Below are positions 21,537 to 32,000 of a stretch of 32,000 nt of DNA, one piece after another. This stretch comes from Methanocaldococcus jannaschii DSM 2661 (GTDB lineage Archaea > AGJL01 > Methanococci > Methanococcales > Methanocaldococcaceae). The stretch covers positions 730,712 through 762,711 of the forward strand of contig NC_000909.1 in NCBI RefSeq assembly GCF_000091665.1, read 5' to 3'. A program made the translations under genes and the position numbers. Each line of letters opens with the position of its first letter. The first letter of the stretch is position 1. The notes beneath the pieces were generated by a model, which was given only the letters and a program-made list of their open reading frames with translations, was not told the origin of the DNA and ran no database searches.

Positions 21537-21786
21537 AAATATAAATTAATCCTTATCAATATTTCAACATAATAAATCAATATAAATTGCTCTTTAGTTA
21601 AATAAAGGGATTCTTCCATTTATATACTATTTTAAAAGATTATCGCACTTATTTAAAATATTTAAGCGGAAATCCATTCCGTTAGGTTTATATGTTATTA
21701 CTGAAAAACTAAATACACATTCCTAAGATAAGTAATAAAGTCATCCATTAAAATCTACAAATAATTTTATTTTTTACTATTTTTTG

Positions 21787-21792
21787 GGTGAT
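21787..21792 (+). promoter_or_regulatory. ribosome binding site of nrdD
   Basis: GGTGAT shortly upstream of ATG 21796, complementary to the archaeal 16S 3' end (AUCACC). Confidence 0.7.
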
Positions 21793-21795
21793 TAA

Positions 21796-24700
21796 ATGAT
21801 AAGTGCTAAAGATTTTGCAGAGAAAGTTATGGAATTCTATGTAATAAAGAGAGACAAAAGAAAGGAGAAATTCAATGTAAATAAATTAGCTAAATCTTTA
21901 ATAAACAGTGGGGTAAATTATGGCGATTTAGACACAATAATATCCGAAGTTTGTGCTAAAGTTTATAATGGAATAACAACCGATGAGTTAAAAGACATTG
22001 TTTATAATGTTTTAAAGAAGATTGATAAGGATGTAGCTGAGAATTATAGAAATGGGATTATATTGAAGGTTAGAACATCTGAAAAAGAGTTTGAGTCATT
22101 TGACAAAGAAAAGATTGCAAAAGCATTGATTAGAGAGACAGGGGCAGATGAAGAAACAGCTAGAAAGATAGCTGATGAGGTTGAGAGAGAACTAAAAAAA
22201 CTTAAAGTCAAATACTTAACAGCACCGATGATTAGGGAAATAGTCAATTACAAGTTAATAGAGTATGGATTTGAAGAACTAAGACATAAGCACACAAGAT
22301 TAGGAATGCCAGTCTATGATATAACCAAATTGATAAAGAGTGGTTCAAGAGAGAATGCCAACTTAATGTATAACCCAGAATCAATCCATAAATGGGTTGC
22401 TGATGAAACAATGAAGCAATATGCTTTATTAGCCATCTTCCCAAAACACATAGCTGATGCTCATATAAAAGGGGATATACACTTACACGATTTGGAATAT
22501 GCAGCAACAAGACCTGTTTGTTTGCAACATGATTTAAGACCATTCTTTAAATATGGTTTAAAAGTTGATGGAACTGGATTGCATACTTCTGTTTCAAAAC
22601 CTGCAAAGCATCCTGAAGTAGCTATACAGCATGCGGCTAAGGTTATGATGGCCGCCCAGACAAATATGAGTGGAGGACAAAGTATAGATGAGTTTAATGT
22701 TTGGTTAGCTCCTTATGTTAGAGGGCTTAGCTATGAAAAAATAAAGCAGTTAATGCAGATGTTTATTTATGAACTAAATCAAATGTACGTAGCAAGAGGA
22801 GGACAGAGCTTAGGTAGAGATGAATTAATCTTCATAAAAGAGGGAGATAAATTAAAAGTTTGCAAAATTGGAGAAGCGATTGATGAATTTATGGAGAAAT
22901 ATAAAGATAAAATAATAGTAGATGGAGACACGGAAATCCTCTACTTGGATGGCATTGCTGAAGTTTATACAATATCAGTTAATGTTAAGACTGGAAAGGC
23001 AGAGTTTAAGAGAGTTTATGCGATATCAAGACACAAACCAAGAGGGAAGGTTTATAAAGTTATTGGTAAGGATGGGACTTCTATAATAGTAACAGAAGAC
23101 CATTCATTATTTAACTATGATGAAAACGGTAATTTAGTCTGTGTTAAGCCACGACAAATGAAGCATATTATCAGAAACTTTAACAATCCGTATGATGTTG
23201 AGTATAGAATTGGAGATTATATAGAAACTAACTACCAAAGAACTGATTCAAAATATAATAGCAGACAAAATGATATCCCAGAAAAATTAAAAATAACAAA
23301 AGAACTTTGTCAATTCTTAGGTTTGTTTGTTGCTGAGGGAAGTTATATTACAAACGGCATTTCAATAACTACAAAAGATGATGACATAGCTAAATTTATT
23401 GAGAGATTTGTGAAGGAGCAGATAAATGAAAATATTGCAGTTAAAAGATATGAGGACTCTGTAAGATTTGTAAATAAAGGATTCTATAGGTTCTTAAAGG
23501 AACATATAAATGGAAAGGCAATAAACAAAAACAGCCCAGAGTTCATACTAAAAGGAGACAAAGAAATGAAATTAGCATTCTTGGGAGGATTAATAAGTGG
23601 AGATGGGTATGTTAGTAAAGATGGAAGAGTGCAGATATATACAACATCTGAACAACTATTAGGACAATTACATTTGTTGCTATCTGACTTAGGAATGATT
23701 TATTCAATAACCAAAATAAAAGAGGAAGGGGAAAAGATTGAGATTAAAAGAAATGAAATAGTAAGAAATTACAAACTATACGTCATTGAAATTGCTAAAA
23801 ATTGCACAGAAGATTTAAAACCTTATGTAATTCCAAAATACAAAAAAGAGAGAATAAAGCCAGCTAACTATGACCAATTACCTTATGACTATAGAATAAT
23901 AAAAGAACATCTAAGAAAAATAACAGATAAAAAACCATACAACGATTATGCATGGAAATCAAATAATAGAAAATTAAAACTCAACACATTAGAAAAAATT
24001 GAGCAACTTAATCCACATTTAAGAGAAGAAATAAATAAATTTAAGCTAAATATCCCATTTGAAATAAAAGAGATTAAAGAGATTGACTATAATGGATATG
24101 TCTATGATTTGAGCGTTGAGGATAATGAGAACTTTATAACAGCTACTGGTATCTTATGCCACAATACAATATTCAGCTCCATTAACTTAGAATTGGAAAT
24201 CCCAGAGTTTTTAAAGGATAAGCCAGCAGTGATAGCTGGAACTACAAGAGGAACTTATGGAGATTATGAGGAGGAGGCGAAGTTAATCTTAGAGGCATTA
24301 GTTGATGTGATGATGGAAGGAGATGCAATGGGAAAACCATTCTTATTCCCAAACTTTATAATTAAGTTGAGAGAGAATGCCTTTAAAGATGAAAATAAAG
24401 AACTTATGTATAAAATCCACCAATTGTCTGCTAAGTTTGGGATTCCTTACTTTATAAACATGCTTCCAGATTGGCAGGTAACTAATACAAATGCAATGGG
24501 TTGTAGAACAAGGTTGAGTGGAAATTGGACAGGAGACGCTGAGATAGACACTTTAAGAACTGGAAACATGCAGTGGTACTCTCTAAACTTACCGAGAATA
24601 GCTTATGAGGCAAATGGAGATGATACTAAGTTATTTGAGATATTGCATGAAAGGTTAGAGATTTTGAAAGAAGCATTATTAATAAAACATGAAGTTACAA

Positions 24701-27048
24701 AAGAGAGGTTGTATGTTGATAACTTAATGCCTTTCCTAACTCAGGAGTTTGATGGAGAATCATATTATAGGTATGAGAACACAACAAAAACATTTGGATT
24801 TGTTGGATTGAATGAGATGCTTAAATATCATTTGGGAGAAGAATTACATGAGTCAAAAGATGCAGTTAAGTTTGGTGAAAAGGTTATTGAATATATTAGG
24901 GAGTATGCTGATAAGTTAAAGGAAGAGACTGGTTTAAGATGGACTGTAACACAAACACCGGCTGAAAGTTCGTTACCTTACGATGAGAAGATATTGATAT
25001 TTGAAAATAATGAATACAAATTAGTTAAAATTGGTGAATTTGTTGAGAAATATCTGAACAGATATAAAGATAGAGCAATAACTTATGGAGATAACAATAT
25101 TGAGGTTTATATTAAAGATGAAAACATCTATGCTCCTTCATTTGATAAAGATGGAAAAATTGTCTTAAAACCAATTACTCATGCTATCAGACATAGGGGT
25201 AAAGAAATCTATGAGATAGAATTGGAGAGTGGTAAAAAAGTTAGAGTTACTGGAGACCATAGTGTATTCACTATAAATGACAATTTAGATGTTGTAGAAG
25301 TAAAGGCATCTGATTTAAAGGTTGGAGACTTTATAATAACTCCAAAGATTATTCCAAGCATAAGTAAAGATAAGATTTACTTAAGTGAAATCGTTAAAAA
25401 TAAAGACAAATACTATGTAAAAATAAAAGACCATATCAAATTCATTGAAGAGCATGAAGAAATTCTAAAGGAGAGCTATAAAGAATATAAAACTAAATGG
25501 AAAGATTTAAAACCAGTATTAAAGAAGAAAAATGCCTTCAGATTAGATTTAATTGAAGATTTAGTCGATAAAGAGAAAATTGAAAAAATAAGCTATGGAC
25601 ATGCAAATTACATTAACAATAAGATAAAACTTGATGAGAAATTTGGTTATCTAATTGGAGCATTCTTGTCAGAGGGTCATTGGAATGACAAATGTGTTGA
25701 AATATCGAGCACCAATAAAGAGTTTATTGAAAACTTAGTAGAGATTATTGAAGAAATATTAGGAAAAGATGCATATTACATTACTGTTAAAGGTGATAAG
25801 AGAAGGTATAAAGATTTGTATGTAATTGGACTAAATAAAACAGTAGCCATGATATTTGAGAGTTTGGGATTAAATAAACTAAGCTCAAATAAAGAGATTC
25901 CATCCATATTATTGTCAAATGAAACATTCTTAAAAGGTTTAATTAAAGGCTATATAGATGGAGACGGAAGTATATATGTGGATGAATCAAAAAGAGATTA
26001 TAGCATAAGGTTATACACAACATCTGAAACATTAAGGGATACCTTATGTTTAGCTTTGAAAATCCTTGGAATTAACTATAGACTAAGCATAGATAAAAAA
26101 TCAAAAGTAAATGAAAATTGGAGAGATTGTTATGTTATAAAAATTACTGGAAAAGAAAATATTGAAAAGCTATTGGATGTTGAAATTAAGAACAACGGAG
26201 GAAAGGATGTAATTCCAAAAATAGCAGAGAAGTTTAAAGAAATAATAAATCAATATTCACAAAGAGAGTGGAAAGAAAGATTTGGTATTGATGTTAATAA
26301 TCTGCATATATGGGAAGACTTAAAGAAGGGATACATGAGTAGATATAGAGCTAAAAAAGTTTTGAATATAATGAAGAATGTTAAAGAAATTGAAGAAAAA
26401 TATGGTAGGTTGTTGGATAAAATAGGGCAGTTGATAGATAATGACTTACTCTTTGAAAGAATAAAATCAATAAGAGTATTGGATGAAATTCCAGAATATG
26501 TATATGATATCTCAGTTGAAGGTACTGAGAACTTTATTGGTGGAGAAGGGTTTATTTGCCTACATAACACAGCAGGAAGATTTGCAAGGTTGGATTACAA
26601 ATACTACAAAGAAGAAACCATAAGTGTTGTTAGAGGAGACTTAAATGATGTGGATAGTCTCTACTATACAAATTCTTCTCATGTTAGAGTTGATGCCCCT
26701 ATAACTTTAGGAGAGAAAGTTAGGATTGAAGAGAAGTTCCATCCTTTGTGTAACGGTGGGCATATAATGCATATTTGGAATATTGAGAGTGCTGCAGACC
26801 CTGAGGTATTGATGGATATAACAAAAAAGATAACAAAAACACATATCGGTTTCTGGACATACACAAAAAATCTAAGCGTTTGTAATAGATGTGGAATAAG
26901 TATGGGAGGTTTGAGAGATAGGTGTATAAATTGTGGTTCTGAGGATGTAGCTAAGTTCAGTAGAATAACAGGATATCTACAAAATATTTCAAACTGGAAT
27001 AGAGCTAAGCAAAAAGAGTTAGAAGATAGGAAATTACCAAGGATTTAA
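21796..27048 (+). CDS. nrdD: anaerobic ribonucleoside-triphosphate reductase containing two inteins
   Basis: 1750-aa ORF. N-terminal ATP-cone-like regions, RNR segments [14 protein letters not shown] and [23 protein letters not shown]...CINCG zinc motif, glycyl radical loop SRITGYLQ near the C-terminus. Confidence 0.96.
22807..24165 (+). mobile_element. intein 1 of NrdD (453 aa) with LAGLIDADG-type homing endonuclease
   Basis: Inserted after ARGGQ; starts SLGRDELIF, ends [11 protein letters not shown], followed by T. DOD motifs [11 protein letters not shown] and [13 protein letters not shown]. Length divisible by 3. Confidence 0.93.
24970..26568 (+). mobile_element. intein 2 of NrdD (533 aa) with LAGLIDADG-type homing endonuclease
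   Basis: Inserted after TPAES; starts [11 protein letters not shown], ends [12 protein letters not shown], followed by T. DOD motifs [11 protein letters not shown] and [12 protein letters not shown]. Confidence 0.93.
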
Positions 27049-27079
27049 TTATTCTTTTCTATTTTTCTATTTTTGTTTT

Positions 27080-27508
27080 TTATTGGTATAGAGTAACAAT
27101 TACATGTGTCTCATCTATTTTAGTTATATTTGCAATTATTATTTTAGGGGTAGAAACTGTTTTATTTCCGTTTAAAATTATGTTAATATCACATTTTGCC
27201 GTTATGTTAAATTTAATATTTCCATCACGATAAAAATATAAAATATTATTATTAGCTCCCCAAGTTCCTGGGGGACATTTTATATAAACAATCTTCATAG
27301 TGCCTTCATCTGCAGAAGATACTAATTCTATGTTTTGCTTCATTTTAGACACAGCGGCATGAGCTAAACTCATGGAAGAGATACTAACTGTTTTATTAAA
27401 CCCAAACATTCCAGGATATCCAACGGCAATAACAATTGCAAGTAAAACCCCCAAAAATAATAAAGAAAATTCTAAGGATATCTGACCTCTTTTTCTAAAT
27501 TTGAGCAT
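27080..27508 (-). CDS. class III signal peptide (pilin-like) protein
   Basis: N-terminus MLKFRKRGQISLEFSLLFLGVLLAIVIAV: type IV-like archaeal pilin signal G/QxSxEF. Confidence 0.85.
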   Translation of the reverse strand: MLKFRKRGQISLEFSLLFLGVLLAIVIAVGYPGMFGFNKTVSISSMSLAHAAVSKMKQNIELVSSADEGTMKIVYIKCPPGTWGANNNILYFYRDGNIKFNITAKCDINIILNGNKTVSTPKIIIANITKIDETHVIVTLYQ

Positions 27509-27523
27509 AAAAATCCCCGTAAG

Positions 27524-28357
27524 TTAATTATTATATTTATAATAAATTATGTAATAAAACCTTATTGGTTGATTTGATGAAGTTGTGAAAGCCATGGCAG
27601 GAACATCGAATATTTTAAATTTAAAGTGTGTATCATCACCCAACACATCATTATCCATTTTTGGAATTAGCGGGTCATTGTTATCTATATGGATATTTTC
27701 TCTTTCCATCTGATTTTTATACCATTCGTTATATGAGGAAATCCAAATATCGACGTTATCATCTCCAAATTTATGAAACTCATCATAATTGTCTATGACT
27801 AGAGGAGCAGGCACAATAATACTTAATGATTCTGTGTCATTTCCTTTTACAATATATCCACTAACATAAAGTTTGAATTTCCCAATTTTTATCCCTTCAT
27901 ATTTTGCATCTGGAAAGAGCTTATTTAAATCAATGACATTTACTTTATTAACTACAGCAGGTCCAACAACATCATAATTTTCTTGTGACTCATCAATTTT
28001 TATATCATAGGTTATTGGAGTATAGTGGTAGATGTTAATCTTTACTGTAGTATATGGAGGAATCCAAAATCCTTCCTTTCCATTAAATATCGTTTTATAA
28101 AAAACAATTCCAGAAGTTTGTGTAACGGAAGTACTAACATCTAAAAAATCTTCTGGTTTTGGCAATGTTTTCTCTTCAAATGTTATATTTGAAGGTACTG
28201 CGACAAATATTGAATATGGGTTAGTATTGGTTATTTCTCCAGTTAGCTTATATGTTATACTCATCTCTGCAATTGTTCTTTCTCCACAAATTGAATGTAA
28301 AAACAACGAGCATAGCACAATAAATACTATCAGTTTTATGAGTGATTTCATAAACAA
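27524..28357 (-). CDS. secreted hypothetical protein
   Basis: Signal peptide LIKLIVFIVLCSLFLHSICG followed by a beta-rich predicted extracellular domain; 16 bp from the pilin gene. Confidence 0.75.
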   Translation of the reverse strand: MFMKSLIKLIVFIVLCSLFLHSICGERTIAEMSITYKLTGEITNTNPYSIFVAVPSNITFEEKTLPKPEDFLDVSTSVTQTSGIVFYKTIFNGKEGFWIPPYTTVKINIYHYTPITYDIKIDESQENYDVVGPAVVNKVNVIDLNKLFPDAKYEGIKIGKFKLYVSGYIVKGNDTESLSIIVPAPLVIDNYDEFHKFGDDNVDIWISSYNEWYKNQMERENIHIDNNDPLIPKMDNDVLGDDTHFKFKIFDVPAMAFTTSSNQPIRFYYIIYYKYNN

Positions 28358-28367
28358 TCACCAAAAT

Positions 28368-29084
28368 TTATTTTAGATTAAACATTTCTTTTTTGATTTC
28401 AGCGTTTTTTGGATGATTCCACCAATCCAACTGTGTTATTAAAAATCGTCTATTATTGTGAGGAATTAAAAACATGTCAGGGGTATCAGCATAAAATTTG
28501 GGAATATATTTCATATCTCTAACTATAACAATGTTATTTAGATTATAATTTTTATAAATTATTGCATAGTCGGGACAGTAATAGTTTTCACATAAATATG
28601 TACTTTCAACTAACACCATTTTACCATTATCTAACTGAACTGCAACCCACATATGACTTCCGCTATTTCCATAGGTGTCCAATATTCCATATACTAAATA
28701 TGTTTTGAACCCATATCCCTCTAATATCCATTCTAACTGACATGATGCCTCTGAACAGTCGTAATAATTCTTTTTATACGCTGGCAATTTAATAGTTTTT
28801 AGAATATAACTTAATGTGTCTAAATCTCTTTTTTTAACATCAGGAAACATTTTATCAGAGAGTTCATAATAATTTTTCGGAAATTTATACATTTTTGGAT
28901 AAGTTTTTGGTAAATCATGATTTAAAAATATATTCTGGTCATAATTTGGATTTTTTGTGTTATTTGGTTCATTTAGTTCATAATGTCTGTTATATTCGAC
29001 AAAACTATATGATTTTTCGTAACATCCACAAAATATGGAAATTAGGATAATGGTTATAAAAAAATATTTATAATCCATAAACAT
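28368..29084 (-). CDS. secreted/lipoprotein-like transglutaminase-like protein
   Basis: Signal FFITIILISIFCGC; candidate Cys-His-acid positions in YYDCSEASCQLEWIL, GSHMWVAVQL, KMVLVEST. Confidence 0.65.
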   Translation of the reverse strand: MFMDYKYFFITIILISIFCGCYEKSYSFVEYNRHYELNEPNNTKNPNYDQNIFLNHDLPKTYPKMYKFPKNYYELSDKMFPDVKKRDLDTLSYILKTIKLPAYKKNYYDCSEASCQLEWILEGYGFKTYLVYGILDTYGNSGSHMWVAVQLDNGKMVLVESTYLCENYYCPDYAIIYKNYNLNNIVIVRDMKYIPKFYADTPDMFLIPHNNRRFLITQLDWWNHPKNAEIKKEMFNLK

Positions 29085-29106
29085 CCCTTAACTCAAATCC
29101 CTGGAC

Positions 29107-30240
29107 TTATTCTTTGGACTTTATTACAATAACTATATCTTTAGGGTCTATTTGTATTATGTCAGGAATTTTATCATCAGGAATTGAGATAATTAAGAAA
29201 TAATTAACATTTTCATCGAATATTTGAGTATCATCTTCAATTTCATTTAATTTTTTTCCATATTCTCCAAACATCTTTTTTATTTTATCGTAATCGAGTC
29301 TGTCTATGACTGTTGCATGTAATATGCCTGGAAGGTTATTTAATGAGTAAGATATACTTGAAGAGGAAGATGAGGAGTAAGATTCTCCAAGCTCATTTAT
29401 ATTACTTGATGTTGATTTACTTTCACTGTAACTTATAGAGGATAAAATTACATAGGATGAATCTATGATACCATATGTTATGAACGAACCGTCTTTACTG
29501 TATATTGAAATTATATCTCCTTTATGTGGTAACTTACCACACTGTTTTGCAGATATTTCAATTGCTACTTTATTTAATTGTGATACTGGAGTTATTTTTA
29601 GAGATTTGAGTTCGGATAATGTCCAGAATTTTTTATATTTAAGAATTTCATCTCTTGTCATAAACATGGATTTTCCATTAATTTCTACATAATAATATTT
29701 ATCTCCTGAGGCTAAAACATAATCAATCTGCTTTTCTATGATGCTCCTAATGTCTTTTTCTATATCAACAGACTTTAATAGATTTTCAATCTCTTCAGTA
29801 GATTGTGCCAAGCTTATTTTATGCACTAATTCCTGAGCAGATAAACTTAGAGAATAATATTCCCCATACATACTTTTTATTTGGTTAATAGCCTCAATTT
29901 TATAATTTTTAAAGCTAATGTACTTTTTAGCTTCTTCCAACACTTCGTTAATTTCTTCAATATTATTCGCCATTTGGATTTTGTTTATATATATTAGTTT
30001 TTGTGGGTCGTTAGGGTATTTGGCAAACATCTGATTTATTGATTCAATAGCTGCTTTTTTCTGGTTTTCAAGCGTTATTTTTTCTTGAAACTGTAGGTTA
30101 CTGATTTCATTATATGCGATAAATGCTAATAACCCAACAATTACAACAACCAGTATTATCAATATAAATTTTAATGAACCAGATTTCACCGTTCTTCTAC
30201 TTTTCTCTTTTAATGCTTTAATTTTTGAAGTATCTACCAT
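29107..30240 (-). CDS. membrane-anchored hypothetical protein (possibly DUF515-like)
   Basis: N-terminal TM LKFILIILVVVIVGLLAFIAY, helical region, Ser-rich segment YSSSSSSSISYS, beta-rich end. The family name is from memory. Confidence 0.65.
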   Translation of the reverse strand: MVDTSKIKALKEKSRRTVKSGSLKFILIILVVVIVGLLAFIAYNEISNLQFQEKITLENQKKAAIESINQMFAKYPNDPQKLIYINKIQMANNIEEINEVLEEAKKYISFKNYKIEAINQIKSMYGEYYSLSLSAQELVHKISLAQSTEEIENLLKSVDIEKDIRSIIEKQIDYVLASGDKYYYVEINGKSMFMTRDEILKYKKFWTLSELKSLKITPVSQLNKVAIEISAKQCGKLPHKGDIISIYSKDGSFITYGIIDSSYVILSSISYSESKSTSSNINELGESYSSSSSSSISYSLNNLPGILHATVIDRLDYDKIKKMFGEYGKKLNEIEDDTQIFDENVNYFLIISIPDDKIPDIIQIDPKDIVIVIKSKE

Positions 30241-30294
30241 ACAATCACCCTAACTTTAATATTACAAAATTATATGGTTTGTTATCATGGCCTA

Positions 30295-30687
30295 TTATGG
30301 ATTTACGGTTATATTATATTCACTTTGGTTTATTTTTGTGACATTATAAATATAGCTTACAATAAAATTCTTTATTTCTGGAGTAATATATGATTTAGGT
30401 GAGATATAAATGTATATATTTTTCTTATTCCCTGACCATGAAATTCCCCCATAGATTAAAGTGACATTTGGGTTAATTCCATTATATCCTGAATTTGCCA
30501 ATATTACAGCAGTTTTTGCTGCATTTTCAACATCACTTATAACCTTATCATCCTTTGTGAAATTCTGTGATAGAAAATGGCTTATTGTTATAATAGATGC
30601 CAACAATATAGCAAGGAATAAAAATGAGAATTCAAGAGATACCTGGGCTTTTTTTGATTTTATTATTTTATTTTCCATGGTATTCAC
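30295..30687 (-). CDS. class III signal peptide (pilin-like) protein
   Basis: N-terminus NKIIKSKKAQVSLEFSFLFLAILLASIITI. Confidence 0.85.
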   Translation of the reverse strand: MNTMENKIIKSKKAQVSLEFSFLFLAILLASIITISHFLSQNFTKDDKVISDVENAAKTAVILANSGYNGINPNVTLIYGGISWSGNKKNIYIYISPKSYITPEIKNFIVSYIYNVTKINQSEYNITVNP

Positions 30688-30690
30688 ACT

Positions 30691-31710
30691 TTAGATTATT
30701 GCTAACTTCATCAACATTAAAACTATAACATAACCAATGACAACAAACGGAACAAATGGGTAGGTTTTTATAACATTTAGTTTGTCAGGGATTTTTCCCT
30801 CCATATAGAGTTTTTTTATTTTTCGAATGTCTTCATTGGATAACCCTTCTCCATCGGTTAATATTATTTCCTTTTCATTTTCTTTGATTTCATGTTCTAA
30901 TAGAAATTTTATTCTTTTCATTATATTTAAGTTTTTTACCTCAACACCATCTTTGTCTATTATTATAACATCCCTCAAAATATCTCCTTCTTTTAATTCT
31001 TCAATATGTTTTTTGTCAGAAGTTTCTACACCCGTGAGTGCATAAATAACGATAGATATTAGTATTATTTCACAAAGGTATATTATGGATGTTAATAGCA
31101 CATTATATTTAATAAAATAAGTTGTATCAATAATATATAAGAATAACAAATAAGCAGGGAATAAATATCCTAATTTTTTCGTATATTCTTTGTATTTTGG
31201 AACTTTTCTTGAGACAAAGATAGATAGGACAATATAAGCCCATATAATTATTGAAGCGTATGGAATTTCGTAGATATTTATAAAATAATATAATATACCA
31301 AGCATCATAGTTAAATAACAAGCTGAAGGAATAATATCTTTCCAATATCTCATTAAAATTTTATACATCGGAAAAACTGCGGCGATAAACATACTAATTG
31401 CTATTAAGTAGAGAATATATTTTGGAATATAAAATACAAACGAGTTTGGATACGCAAAAATTGGAGCTAAAGCGGTGAATAGCTTAACATCTCCTCCTCC
31501 CATTCCAATACTTAATATTAAACATAATATTAGAGTAGAGAAAAACGCAATAATAGCATTAAATCCAAAATAGTAATAACCAACAACTAAGTTTATTATA
31601 ATCATGGCAATTGTGTATTTATGAGGAATAATTCTTTCTTTAATATCAGTTATTGCTGCTAAAAGGAGTAAAATAAAGTTAATAATATAAACTACATTTA
31701 GCAAATCCAC
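30691..31710 (-). CDS. eppA: prepilin peptidase, type IV A24 family (EppA-like)
   Basis: Polytopic membrane protein with AAITDIKERIIPHK and GMGGGDVKLFTALA aspartyl protease motifs (D...GxGD type); 3 bp upstream of the pilin. Confidence 0.85.
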   Translation of the reverse strand: MDLLNVVYIINFILLLLAAITDIKERIIPHKYTIAMIIINLVVGYYYFGFNAIIAFFSTLILCLILSIGMGGGDVKLFTALAPIFAYPNSFVFYIPKYILYLIAISMFIAAVFPMYKILMRYWKDIIPSACYLTMMLGILYYFINIYEIPYASIIIWAYIVLSIFVSRKVPKYKEYTKKLGYLFPAYLLFLYIIDTTYFIKYNVLLTSIIYLCEIILISIVIYALTGVETSDKKHIEELKEGDILRDVIIIDKDGVEVKNLNIMKRIKFLLEHEIKENEKEIILTDGEGLSNEDIRKIKKLYMEGKIPDKLNVIKTYPFVPFVVIGYVIVLMLMKLAII

Positions 31711-31714
31711 AATT

Positions 31715-32000
31715 TCACCTATTTGGATATTTGGCTTTAACCCTATCTTTTATTTTTAACATCAACTCATGGTTATCTAAGAGCTTTAAAGCCTCATCTA
31801 TATCTTTATCTTTGGTTAAATTTAAAATTTCTCTTAAGATTTCAGTGGCAACATCTTCCCTATGAACCCAAAAACACTTCATACAACTCCAAATCTTTGT
31901 TCCATCTTTTTTTTCAACATACTCTCCTAATTCTTCATCTTCACATGGATAGAAAGGGCAGTAACACCATAAGCAAACCTGTCCATCAAAGTGGCATGGG
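31715..32000 (-). CDS. cysteine-rich small-domain protein, partial
   Basis: Minus-strand frame open to the window edge: PCHFDGQVCLWCYCPFYPCEDEELGEYVEKKDGTKIWSCMKCFWVHREDVATEILREILNLTKDKDIDEALKLLDNHELMLKIKDRVKAKYPNR-stop. Confidence 0.75.
   Translation of the reverse strand, partial: PCHFDGQVCLWCYCPFYPCEDEELGEYVEKKDGTKIWSCMKCFWVHREDVATEILREILNLTKDKDIDEALKLLDNHELMLKIKDRVKAKYPNR

Noticed and set aside
21667-21681. CGGAA-atcca-TTCCG hairpin upstream of nrdD, considered as a riboswitch or nucleotide-sensing element
   Set aside because: Only a 5-bp stem with no recognisable consensus; a match this short is expected by chance.

Overview
The window is AT-rich methanogen chromosome. Gene order and protein sequences match my recollection of the Methanocaldococcus jannaschii MJ0808-MJ0836 interval; this is recall, not a database search. 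Most of it is ordinary coding sequence: an AmmeMemoRadiSam radical SAM protein, acylphosphatase-like and AMMECR1 proteins, a MoxR/VWA pair, cobJ/cbiH, deoxyhypusine synthase, an ATP-grasp ligase (mfnD-like), archaetidylserine decarboxylase, the S-layer protein, a CooC-like ATPase, moaA, a long FKBP, NfeD/stomatin, aRF1, LarE-like, a RecJ-like DHH protein, anaerobic RNR (nrdD) with two inteins, and a compact EppA/class III pilin cluster. The signals the ORF track does not explain are: (1) a textbook dual-guide C/D box sRNA at 2836-2897 in the acylphosphatase/AMMECR1 gap; (2) a GC-rich run of nested palindromes (about 7870-7931) translated in frame near the start of the deoxyhypusine synthase ORF; (3) a gene graveyard at 11087-11973, with a 5'-truncated, frameshifted archaeal ATPase, a second detached copy of its last ~16 codons, and a frameshifted radical SAM remnant; (4) a single-base frameshift splitting the stomatin-like gene at about 17744; (5) a six-gene pilus-like operon with a secreted transglutaminase-like protein. 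I found no CRISPR array, tRNA, rRNA or clear transposon, and no convincing wholly new defence or metabolic system.
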